From Candidatus Poribacteria bacterium (GTDB lineage Bacteria; Poribacteria; WGA-4E; WGA-3G): DNA of 64,000 nt. This document shows positions 28,821-37,202 of this stretch, piece by piece. Made by a program: the position numbers and the translations under genes. A model generated the notes under the pieces. That model was not told the DNA's origin. It worked only from the letters and a program-made list of their open reading frames with translations, and did not search any database. The stretch spans positions 145,656 to 209,655 of the forward strand of contig JAJECN010000037.1 in assembly GCA_022821965.1 (NCBI GenBank), in the 5' to 3' direction. Numbering within the stretch: the first letter of the stretch is position 1; each line of letters begins with the position of its first letter.

Positions 28821-30008
28821 ATGAAATCCTACAGGCAAATCGTTGACGAAGCCAAGACAGAGATCCCAGAGGTAACCATCGATGAAATAAAAGCCGAACA
28901 GGAAGAAGACAGCGATTTCGTGCTACTGGATGTGCGTGATGAAGACGAATATCGCGCCGGTTATATCCCTAACGCGGTTCATGTCACACGTGGCATGCTG
29001 GAATTCTCGATTGAAAACTACATTCCTGATCGAGACCAAAAGATTGTCGTCTACTGTGCAGCAGGTCTTCGTTCTCTCCTCGCTGCCAAGTCGCTTCGTG
29101 AGTTGGGGTACACCGACACCGTCTCCCTTGCAGGCGGATACCGCGATTGGACAGCGGCGGGGTACCCAACGGCTCAAGATAAACCGATGTCGCACGAGCA
29201 GCTCGACCGTTACAGCCGACACTTTATGCTCACCGAAGTCGGAGAACAGGGACAAGCGAAACTATTGGATGCCAAAGTGCTACTCGTCGGCGCAGGCGGC
29301 TTAGGCTCGCCCGCGGGGGTGTATCTCGGTGCTGCTGGTATCGGACACATGGGTATTATCGATTCCGATGTCGTAGAGTTAAGCAATCTACAGCGTCAGA
29401 TACTCCACCGAACAGAAGCGGTCGGCACACCGAAGGTTCAATCAGCAACGACGACAATCAAGTCGCTGAACCCGGACATCAACATCACGCCGTACAACCT
29501 CCGTTTGACTGCTGATAACGTTGAAGAAATCTTTTCGGAATACGATCTAATTGTCGATGGATGCGACAATTTTGCCACTCGCTTTCTCGTCAACGATGCG
29601 GCTGTGTTTATGAATAAACCGATTGTTCACGGCAGTATCTTCCAATTTGAGGGACAGGTATCGCTCTTTAAACCGCACGAAGGTCCCTGCTACCGATGCA
29701 TGTATCCGACCCCACCTCCACCGGGCATGGTGCCCAGCTGAAGCGAAGCCGGTGTCCTGGGCGTGCTCCCAGGCGTAATTGGTGTCATGATGGCAACCGA
29801 AGCGATTAAATACATTATCGGTATCGGCGAACCGCTTATCGGTAGGCTCATCCTCTACGACGCACTCGGCATGACCTATCGCGAGATGAAAATTAACCGA
29901 GATGAGAATTGCCCACTTTGCGGCGATAACCCAACCGTTACCAAACTGATTGATGATTACGAAGCAGCCGCGGAAAATCCAGAAACTTTTGCCCCCGCTG
30001 CCGATTAA
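28821..30008 (+). CDS. Rhodanese-MoeB/ThiF (MoeZ-like) adenylyltransferase/sulfurtransferase; candidate selenoprotein with in-frame UGA at 29739-29741
   Basis: ORFs 28821..29741 and 29763..30008 share one frame. The joined product has an N-terminal rhodanese domain (VVYCAAGLRS), an NAD/ATP loop VGAGGLGS, and zinc pairs CYRC and CPLC. The block PPPPGMVPS-[TGA]-SEAGVLGVLPGVIG is colinear with MoeZ PPPPGMVPSCAEGGVLG. Alternatives are a pseudogene or a sequencing error. Confidence 0.7.
29756..29773 (+). promoter_or_regulatory. SECIS-like hairpin downstream of the in-frame UGA
   Basis: CCUGGG-CGUGCU-CCCAGG, a 6-bp G/C stem with a 6-nt G/U-containing loop, starts 14 nt after the UGA. Confidence 0.35.
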
Positions 30009-30057
30009 CCCTTAGCAATCGATCTTGTGATCAAGACGACTCCGAAGGAGAACGTAT

Positions 30058-30300
30058 ATGCTACCTTGTCCTGATTGTAATAATCCATTGACGCAGTTTC
30101 CGATTGAACAAAACGACACAGATCTCGTCAGTTGCGATAGCTGCTACGGGACCTGGCTTGTTTATCCGGGTGATGATCTTGAGCGTGTAGACAACGTCAC
30201 TTTTGATGATCTTGTTGAAGCGTATGGCACTGAATACCCGATCGATGTTGACCCAAGTACAGTCGAACTCCCTGAAGAAGTCGAAGACGCGTTGATGTAA
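30058..30300 (+). CDS. Small acidic zinc-ribbon protein
   Basis: CPDC-x20-CDSC followed by an acidic tail. AAGGAG RBS upstream. Same strand as the MoeZ-like gene, 50 nt downstream of it. Confidence 0.5.
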   Translation: MLPCPDCNNPLTQFPIEQNDTDLVSCDSCYGTWLVYPGDDLERVDNVTFDDLVEAYGTEYPIDVDPSTVELPEEVEDALM

Positions 30301-30352
30301 CTTAGAGAATACACGCTGCGTTCTACAACAAGTAGAAGCGATCTTCAAATCG

Positions 30353-30404
30353 TTTCATGAAGGGACAATCTACTTCTGCTTGATATTTGTGTCCCTTCAT
30401 GAAA
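30353..30404 (+). terminator. 14-bp perfect hairpin (terminator-like or attenuator-like)
   Basis: TTTCATGAAGGGAC-24 nt-GTCCCTTCATGAAA, followed by AAAGTTACACTTTTTT. The loop can alternatively pair with 30329-30338. Confidence 0.35.
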
Positions 30405-30408
30405 AAAG

Positions 30409-30437
30409 TTACACTTTTTTCTGCAATCTGTTATAAT
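30409..30437 (+). promoter_or_regulatory. Candidate promoter (TTACAC-17-TATAAT)
   Basis: Hexamers at 30409-30414 and 30432-30437, with AAGGAGG at 30457-30463 before ATG 30474. Confidence 0.45.
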
Positions 30438-30473
30438 GGTTTTAATCTACTTTTCTAAGGAGGTTTGTTGTTA

Positions 30474-31178
30474 ATGCGAACTACCATTCTACTGACAATG
30501 TTGATCCTTATTGTTTCGCCCGCATTCGCACAAAAATATATAAGTTGGGAAGCGGAAGACTTTAACGATTCAAACGGCACGAAATTTGAAATATTTGAAG
30601 TCCCGTCCGATCAGCCGGGCAACGCCGGTGAAGGCGTAGACGATTACACCGTCGCTGAAGCGTCCGGTGGTGCTTTCATCGGTTCAGCTAACGGTACTGG
30701 AAACGATGGCGGTGATTGGGTAAAATACGAATTCTCGGTTGACGCAGACGATTGGCATTTCTGGGGACGTGTGATTGCACCTTCAGTCGCCGATAATTCC
30801 GCCTACTGGGCATTCGATGCCGCCGATGGCGATGTTGCTTCGACCAATAACGCCACTATGAACATCTGGGATTTCTTTGAAGCAGGAGAACTCAGGGTTA
30901 ACTATACGACTGACTGGGTCTGGTTCCGATTGAACACGCGCGATGGTCCCTTTGAAGGGACTGAACTTATCCAGCACGGTGACGATCCGGTTCCCGTGGA
31001 ACTGGATGCCGGTGAGCACACATTGCACATCGCGCATCGCGAAGATGGCACATATATCGACCAAATTTTCGCGACAACGGATGTCGAATTCGATCCGAAT
31101 GAAACCGATCCGCAAACTGCTGTTGAACCCCAAAACAAACTTACGACAACTTGGGGTGCGCTCAAAGGCGAATTCTAA
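30474..31178 (+). CDS. Secreted beta-sandwich (CBM6/35-like) protein with C-terminal NKLTTTWGALK motif
   Basis: Signal peptide MRTTILLTMLILIVSPAFAQ. The WEAED...GGAFIG...GDWVKYEF...WHFWGRV pattern resembles carbohydrate-binding modules, but the family call is tentative. ATG 30474 is chosen over TTG 30465 on SD spacing. Confidence 0.6.
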   Translation: MRTTILLTMLILIVSPAFAQKYISWEAEDFNDSNGTKFEIFEVPSDQPGNAGEGVDDYTVAEASGGAFIGSANGTGNDGGDWVKYEFSVDADDWHFWGRVIAPSVADNSAYWAFDAADGDVASTNNATMNIWDFFEAGELRVNYTTDWVWFRLNTRDGPFEGTELIQHGDDPVPVELDAGEHTLHIAHREDGTYIDQIFATTDVEFDPNETDPQTAVEPQNKLTTTWGALKGEF

Positions 31179-31193
31179 GTAGAACAAACATTT

Positions 31194-31227
31194 AAAGGCA
31201 TCCACTTGCTGGGTGCCTTTATTTTTT
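31194..31227 (+). terminator. Rho-independent terminator
   Basis: AAAGGCATCC-acttgct-GGGTGCCTTT followed by ATTTTTT. It overlaps the GTG start of ORF 31213..32970, which argues for a later start of that gene. Confidence 0.75.
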
Positions 31228-31266
31228 AAACTAACGGCTACCAACAACGCGGGATATACGGAAACA

Positions 31267-32970
31267 TTGAAAAACGACTGTTATTTCTCGCTGAGTGTCA
31301 ACAGAGAAATCTTTCTACTCACCTGCCTGATACTTATCGGCTGCACTGTGATACCGTCCGTGGCTGAAACAACACTCTATTTTACGGATCAAACCCAGCA
31401 AGCCGGTATCCATTTCAAACACATCAACGGTGCATCCGAACAGAAATACCTCCCAGAAACGATGGGGTCCGGTGGACTCTTTTTCGACTACAACAACGAT
31501 GGGCATCTCGATATCTATCTCGTCAATAGCGGTACTCTCAGTGAGCCACCACAGCCCTACAGACACCCTGATCATACAAATGTTCTCTATCGCAACAAGG
31601 GAGATGGAACATTCGTTGATGCCACAGCAGACGCAGGACTTCAACAAAATCAGGGTTACGGGATGGGATGTCTCGCCGCAGATTATGACAACGACGGTGA
31701 CGCCGACCTTTACCTCACTAATTTCGGAAAAAATCAGTTATACCGGAACAACGGGGACGGGACCTTCGCGGACGTTACATCGCGCGCAGGCGTTGGTGAC
31801 GGCAATTGGAGCGTCAGTGCCTCTTTCGGTGATTTCGACCTTGACGGGCACCTTGACCTCTACGTAGCAAACTATCTGGACTATCAACTTGAAACCGCCC
31901 ACGCCTGCTTTCTGGAAGGTGTTCATATCTACTGCGGTCCGCACGAATACCCAGGGGGACGTGATACGCTTTATCGAAACAACGGCGATGGCACTTTCAC
32001 GGACGTTACAACCCGTGCGGGGGTTCACAACACCGGTAAAGGGTTAGGGGTACTCTTTACAGACTATAACAACGACGGTTATCCCGATATTTTCGTTGCC
32101 AATGACGCTGTCCCCGATTTTCTTTATCGCAATAACAGAGATAGTACGTTTACAGAGGTCGCCATCACAGCAGGGATCGCCTACAACTCAGAAGGACGTG
32201 CAACCGCCAGCATGGGGATCGCCTCCGGTGATTACGATAACGATGGCGTGTCCGACCTCTTCATTACAAACTTTTCTTTGGAAGTTAATAGCCTCTTTCA
32301 AAACAACGACGACGGTTTCTACACGATGACCACCTTTGAAGCTGGACTTGCCGATTCGAGTTTCTCACAACTCGGTTTCGGAACCCAGTTTCTCGATGCC
32401 GACAACGATGGCACGGTTGACCTTTTCGTTACGAACGGGCATGTGTGGGACAACGTATCGGATATCACGCCATCGCTCTCTTACAAACAGAAGAGCCAGA
32501 TTTTTAAGAACATGGGAGACGGACAGTTCACAAACGTATCCGAAACAGCGGGTCCATTTTTCAAGCGTTCTATTGTCGGGCGCGGTGTAGCCATCGGCGA
32601 CTATAATAATAATGGTGCGACAGATATTCTCGTTACGCGCTGCGGTGAGGCTCCTGTGTTACTACGAAACGATTCCGGAACCCACAACTATGTGAAAATT
32701 CGGCTCATCGGGACCGAAAGCAATCGCGACGGGATCGGTGCAAAAGTGTGGGTACAGACAAACGAAACAACGCAGTTCAGAGAAGCAACATGTGGTGGAA
32801 GTTACGCCTCTGGTAGCGAACCCATGCTCCATTTTGGTATCGGCACACACGAAACAATCCAATCCATCAAAGTCCAATGGCAAAACAGGCACATCCAAAC
32901 GCTCGATTTTCCAGATATGGATAGCCCTATCAACCGAGTTGTCCGTATCACCGAAAATCGCCCAAAGTAA
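31267..32970 (+). CDS. FG-GAP/VCBS repeat plus ASPIC/UnbV lipoprotein (CRTAC1-like), paralogue 1
   Basis: Repeated LYRNNGDGTFxDVT and DYDNDGxxDLY motifs, and C-terminal SNRDGIGAKVWV...CGGSYASGSEP. TTG 31267 is chosen because it lies beyond the terminator and gives a lipobox (LILIGC). The exact start is uncertain. Confidence 0.8.
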   Translation: MKNDCYFSLSVNREIFLLTCLILIGCTVIPSVAETTLYFTDQTQQAGIHFKHINGASEQKYLPETMGSGGLFFDYNNDGHLDIYLVNSGTLSEPPQPYRHPDHTNVLYRNKGDGTFVDATADAGLQQNQGYGMGCLAADYDNDGDADLYLTNFGKNQLYRNNGDGTFADVTSRAGVGDGNWSVSASFGDFDLDGHLDLYVANYLDYQLETAHACFLEGVHIYCGPHEYPGGRDTLYRNNGDGTFTDVTTRAGVHNTGKGLGVLFTDYNNDGYPDIFVANDAVPDFLYRNNRDSTFTEVAITAGIAYNSEGRATASMGIASGDYDNDGVSDLFITNFSLEVNSLFQNNDDGFYTMTTFEAGLADSSFSQLGFGTQFLDADNDGTVDLFVTNGHVWDNVSDITPSLSYKQKSQIFKNMGDGQFTNVSETAGPFFKRSIVGRGVAIGDYNNNGATDILVTRCGEAPVLLRNDSGTHNYVKIRLIGTESNRDGIGAKVWVQTNETTQFREATCGGSYASGSEPMLHFGIGTHETIQSIKVQWQNRHIQTLDFPDMDSPINRVVRITENRPK

Positions 32971-32973
32971 GGT

Positions 32974-33021
32974 TGTAGGATCGCGATCCTCTATTGGCGA
33001 GGTTGAGAAACCTCGCCTACC
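32974..33021. repeat. REP-like hairpin doublet (REPIN-like, tail-to-tail)
   Basis: TGTAGGATC-gc-GATCCTCTA at 32974-32993, then GGCGAGG-ttgagaaa-CCTCGCCTACC at 32996-33021. GTAGG heads face outward. Confidence 0.6.
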
Positions 33022-33075
33022 AAAGAAGGTCTTTGCCCCACAATCGAACTCATGTTGGTTTAAATCTTATTTTGG

Positions 33076-33105
33076 TTGACATTATTTGACCCATGCGCGT
33101 ATAAT
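33076..33105 (+). promoter_or_regulatory. Candidate sigma70 promoter of cysC (TTGACA-18-TATAAT)
   Basis: Consensus hexamers at 33076-33081 and 33100-33105, about 70 nt upstream of the GTG start at 33176. Confidence 0.55.
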
Positions 33106-33175
33106 AATAATGTGATTAAATTTGACCATAGAGGCAGGTTTGGAAAGCCTCAATTTTTTTGACTTTATTTAATAT

Positions 33176-33808
33176 GTGAGGAATAATCGATTGGCTCAAC
33201 AGAAAGCAACTAACATTACGTGGCACGACGCAACTGTCACGGTAGAAGATAGAGAAAAATTACTGAATCAGAAAGGCTGTGTGATTTGGTTTACAGGTCT
33301 TTCCGGATCAGGGAAATCAACGTTAGCGAATGCGGTTGAACACGTCTTACATCAGCAGCGGCATCACACCTATGTCTTGGACGGCGACAACGTCCGACAC
33401 GGACTGAACAAGAACTTGGGTTTCTCACCCGAAGACCGCGAAGAAAATATACGGCGCATCGGTGAAGTGGCGAAACTTTTTGCGGATGCAGGAACCATTG
33501 TTATGACAGCCTTCATCTCACCCTATCGTGCAGACAGGGATCAGGCAAGAGAACTCATTGCTGAAGGCAGGTTTGTTGAAGTTTTTGTCGACTGTCCGCT
33601 TGAAGTCTGTGAAGAACGCGATACGAAAGGTTTATACAAAAAAGCGCGTGCTGGAGAGATTAAGGAATTTACCGGCATCAGCGCGCCTTACGAACCGCCT
33701 CTTGATGCCGAAGTTAAGGTAAATACAGCGGAACTCTCCATTGAAGAATCTGCACATGCGGTTGTCGCGTCCCTTGTAGAAGCTGGCTTAGTCCCCGCTG
33801 AAAATTAA
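33176..33808 (+). CDS. cysC: Adenylyl-sulfate (APS) kinase
   Basis: [19 protein letters not shown]-loop, [11 protein letters not shown] and FISPYRADR motifs. Confidence 0.95.
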   Translation: MRNNRLAQQKATNITWHDATVTVEDREKLLNQKGCVIWFTGLSGSGKSTLANAVEHVLHQQRHHTYVLDGDNVRHGLNKNLGFSPEDREENIRRIGEVAKLFADAGTIVMTAFISPYRADRDQARELIAEGRFVEVFVDCPLEVCEERDTKGLYKKARAGEIKEFTGISAPYEPPLDAEVKVNTAELSIEESAHAVVASLVEAGLVPAEN

Positions 33809-33864
33809 AACGCGAGAAAAGGCATATCGCGCAACGCGAACGGTGTCGCACAGAGAGCAGGAAA

Positions 33865-34683
33865 ATGGAAGCAGTCATCAGGAACTTCAATGAAAACGGG
33901 TTTGCTATTCTGCGCGGCATCTTGGAGCAGGAAACGCTTGACGCAGTCAAATACGAATGCGAAGCGTTAGTCGCTGAACTCGCGTTGCAGCGGTGTGCTG
34001 AAGGAAAACTGACAGATACCTATTCCGATTCACCCTTTGAAACCCGCCTGATTCAGATCTACGAAAATTATCCAGATGAAAACCCAACGATCTTTCGTCC
34101 TGAACTACATCGAGCAGGGTTTTTCGGTGTGTTTGCACATCCTATCCTACTTGAACTCGCGGGTATCATCCTCGGTCCAGAGATACGGTTGTACCCGAAC
34201 TATTCCGTTCGTCCAAAGCTACCAGCGAACAAGCGAACAGAAGTATTGTGGCATCAAGATGCTGGTTATACTTCAAAAGAAGCAGACATCTTACGGATGA
34301 TGAATGTTTGGGCACCATTGGTACCGGTCAACTTTGAAAACGGATGTATGGAATTCATTCCACAGAGCCATAAATGGGGCGTTGTCCCACATGAAAAGGA
34401 CGAATACTATCTCCGCATCCACGATGACTATATTAAACCGGTTGAAGGAGATGCGGTACGTATTGAGATTGAGTCTGGAGATGCCGTTATTTTCAGTAAT
34501 CTCTTATTTCACCGCGGTTTGCCGAACCGCACCGAACATATACGATGGAGTTTAGACTTTCGTTATCAAGATGCCAGGCAACCGACGCTTCGGACATCAC
34601 AAGGACATTTACTGAGTTCGCAACGGACACCGGACGCGGTCGTCAAGGACGCTAAGACGTGGGCTGAACTCGAATTTTCCTGA
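33865..34683 (+). CDS. PhyH-family Fe(II)/2-oxoglutarate dioxygenase
   Basis: WHQDAGY (HxD facial triad), a distal His in LFHRGLPN, and an N-terminal F..NGFAIL motif. Confidence 0.85.
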   Translation: MEAVIRNFNENGFAILRGILEQETLDAVKYECEALVAELALQRCAEGKLTDTYSDSPFETRLIQIYENYPDENPTIFRPELHRAGFFGVFAHPILLELAGIILGPEIRLYPNYSVRPKLPANKRTEVLWHQDAGYTSKEADILRMMNVWAPLVPVNFENGCMEFIPQSHKWGVVPHEKDEYYLRIHDDYIKPVEGDAVRIEIESGDAVIFSNLLFHRGLPNRTEHIRWSLDFRYQDARQPTLRTSQGHLLSSQRTPDAVVKDAKTWAELEFS

Positions 34684-34713
34684 ACTGATCGAACCGCAAG
34701 GTAAAATTAAAAA

Positions 34714-35667
34714 ATGAAACTAATTCAATTTCACCTACCTAACTTAGGGAAGCGGGTTGGGATTGTCACCCGCGATGAGGAAGTGATCGACGTAACAAGC
34801 AAGGAATCACCGGGTGTATTAGAAGTCCTGGAACTCGCTGACAGGGAACAAGTGAGCATCGGTGTCATACTTGCCGACATCCAAGAGAAAGTGGCAACGC
34901 CTTCACCGATTCAACTCGGTACACTTCCAGATGCGGGAAATGCCGCTACTGAACCTGAGGGACTCACGCTTAAAAAATTAGATGTTGCCCCTGACGAAAA
35001 TACCCCACATCTGCTATTCCCGATAGATTCTCCAGAAGTCTGGGGGTGCGGCGTAACCTACAAACGAAGTGCAGATATGCGCGACGACGACAGCGAACAA
35101 GATATCTACAGCCGCGTCTATTACGCCGATCGTCCTGAAATATTCTTCAAAGCGACTCCGGCACGCTGCGTCGGACCAAATGGTTTTATTGGCATTCGGA
35201 GCGATTCCACCCTAACAGCCACCGAACCAGAACTTGCCTACATCCTCGGTAGGGACAGTGAAATCATCGGATACACCCTCTGTAATGACGTATCCGCATG
35301 GGATATTGAACGCGATAATCCACTCTATCTCCCCCAATCTAAAGTCTTTTATGGGTGCTGTGCGCTCGGTCCTATGCTTGTCACACCATCAGAAATAGAC
35401 GATCCATATAATCTGGACATGCAGTGCACCGTCCTTCGCGATGGAGACACACTCTATCAAGGTGAGGTCAATACATCTCAAATCAACTGGAAATTTGAAG
35501 AACTCACCGAATTCCTGATGCGGGATAACCCAATCCCCTTCGGGACCGTTGTTTCGACAGGCACCGGTATCATCGTTCCGAACGACCTACCGCTCGCCGC
35601 AGGAGACGTTGTCCAGATAGAAATCGACGGGTTCGGCACGCTGTCAAATCCCGTTAAGCAACTTTAG
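34714..35667 (+). CDS. Fumarylacetoacetate hydrolase (FAH) family protein
   Basis: FAH-fold C-terminal domain (EPELAYILG, CNDVSAWDIE, LPQSKVFYGCCALGP) with a ~100-aa N-terminal domain, as in 2-keto-3-deoxy-acid dehydratase-type members. Confidence 0.8.
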   Translation: MKLIQFHLPNLGKRVGIVTRDEEVIDVTSKESPGVLEVLELADREQVSIGVILADIQEKVATPSPIQLGTLPDAGNAATEPEGLTLKKLDVAPDENTPHLLFPIDSPEVWGCGVTYKRSADMRDDDSEQDIYSRVYYADRPEIFFKATPARCVGPNGFIGIRSDSTLTATEPELAYILGRDSEIIGYTLCNDVSAWDIERDNPLYLPQSKVFYGCCALGPMLVTPSEIDDPYNLDMQCTVLRDGDTLYQGEVNTSQINWKFEELTEFLMRDNPIPFGTVVSTGTGIIVPNDLPLAAGDVVQIEIDGFGTLSNPVKQL

Positions 35668-35680
35668 GAGGCATGGCACA

Positions 35681-36793
35681 ATGAACAACAACACCCAACC
35701 CTTCATCGGCATGCACAAAACGGAATTAGACACACCAGCACTTCTGATTGACTTGGATAAAATGGAAGCCAACATACAGACAATGGCGGACTATTTCACC
35801 ACGGTGAATGCGTCCCTGAGACCCCACATGAAGACGCACAAAACACCGATCATCACCCATAAACAGATCGCAGCGGGTGCTATCGGTGTTACGTGTGCGA
35901 AACTCGGTGAGGCAGAAGCAGCCATCCACGCTGGCATTCGAGATGTGCTGATAGCCAATCAAGTTGTGGGAGCACAAAAGATCGCACGCCTCATTAATCT
36001 CGCGAAGCACTCGGAGATCATGGTTGCTGTCGATAGTCCACAGAATGTGCAAGCCATTTCTGAGGCAGCAGTTGCTAAAGGGGCAACTGTCAGAACCTTA
36101 ATAGAAGTGAACATCGGTATGGACCGGTGTGGGGTTGAACCGGGCAAACCGACATTGGAACTTGCAGAGCAGATACGCCAAAGCCCAAACTTGAAGTTTG
36201 AAGGCTTAATGGGCTATGAAGGACATACAGTCTCCAGACCAGACCGAGCGGAACGGGATGCCGCAGCACGGGAAGCCATGCAACGTTTGGTGGACGCGAA
36301 ACATTACGTCGAAAAGCGCGGCATAGAGGTTTCCATCATGAGTGGTGGTGGCACTGGCACCTTCAATATCACAGGAAGCATCCCTGAAATGACAGAGGTA
36401 CAGGCAGGGTCTTACGTCTTCATGGATTCCACCTACGGAAATGTAGAAGGTGTTGGCGAACAATTCGACTGCTCGTTGTCGGTTTTGGCAACCGTCGTGA
36501 GTCATCCAGCCCCAAATCGAATGATCGTGGATACAGGCTTGAAAGTCCTCGCAAAAGAGTTCGGTATTCCGCAACCTGTTGGTGTAAATGGCGTAGAAAT
36601 GACAGGACTTTCTGAAGAACATGGAAAATTGCAAGTATCCGATGTAAACGTTTCCCTCACACCGGGCGATAAAATTGAAATTTTACCAACCCACTGTTGT
36701 ACGACAGTGAATCTCCACGACAGGTATTACGGCATCCGTAATGGAATTGTCGAATCCGTTTGGGAGATTGCAGCGAGAGGAAAAGCACAGTAA
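35681..36793 (+). CDS. DSD1-type PLP enzyme (D-serine dehydratase / D-threonine aldolase / D-3-hydroxyaspartate dehydratase family)
   Basis: Alanine-racemase-N fold with a PLP-lysine context [10 protein letters not shown], and a C-terminal [10 protein letters not shown] motif typical of the family. Confidence 0.85.
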   Translation: MNNNTQPFIGMHKTELDTPALLIDLDKMEANIQTMADYFTTVNASLRPHMKTHKTPIITHKQIAAGAIGVTCAKLGEAEAAIHAGIRDVLIANQVVGAQKIARLINLAKHSEIMVAVDSPQNVQAISEAAVAKGATVRTLIEVNIGMDRCGVEPGKPTLELAEQIRQSPNLKFEGLMGYEGHTVSRPDRAERDAAAREAMQRLVDAKHYVEKRGIEVSIMSGGGTGTFNITGSIPEMTEVQAGSYVFMDSTYGNVEGVGEQFDCSLSVLATVVSHPAPNRMIVDTGLKVLAKEFGIPQPVGVNGVEMTGLSEEHGKLQVSDVNVSLTPGDKIEILPTHCCTTVNLHDRYYGIRNGIVESVWEIAARGKAQ

Positions 36794-37113
36794 TGATTAC
36801 GACAACCACAAACACAATTGAAGGCAGACAAATTCGAGAATACCTCGGACTTGTTACTGGCGAAGCAATTATGGGTGCGAATGTTATTCGCGACTTCATG
36901 GCGAGTCTCACAGACTTTGTCGGTGGACGCTCAGGCACCTATGAGAGTAAATTTGCGGAAGCCCGTGAAACAGCCCTCCAAGAATTGGAAGAGGAAGCGC
37001 GACGCAAAAACGCAGATGCTGTCGTCGGGATTGACATTGACTATGAAGTGCTGGGTGCCAATAACGGTATGCTAATGGTGACTGCAACCGGCACCGCCGT
37101 CAAAATTGGGTGA
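36793..37113 (+). CDS. YbjQ/UPF0145 family protein
   Basis: [24 protein letters not shown]...GGRSG...[13 protein letters not shown] is colinear with the family over its full length. The start overlaps the upstream stop (TAATG). Confidence 0.9.
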   Translation: MITTTTNTIEGRQIREYLGLVTGEAIMGANVIRDFMASLTDFVGGRSGTYESKFAEARETALQELEEEARRKNADAVVGIDIDYEVLGANNGMLMVTATGTAVKIG

Positions 37114-37202
37114 ACTCGTTTCAGATCTACTAAATATCTGGGATGCTTGGCTTGTGAAATCCGATAAGCACATTCCACCATGAACACAGGAGGCAAAATT
37201 CA

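Noticed and set aside
29739-29741. The in-frame TGA interpreted as evidence for an alternative genetic code (TGA as Trp or Gly).
   Set aside because: Many well-supported genes in the window terminate at TGA at the expected protein ends (for example 2058-2060, 12333-12335, 62863-62865). The genome therefore uses TGA as a stop, and the moeZ-like site is a local exception.
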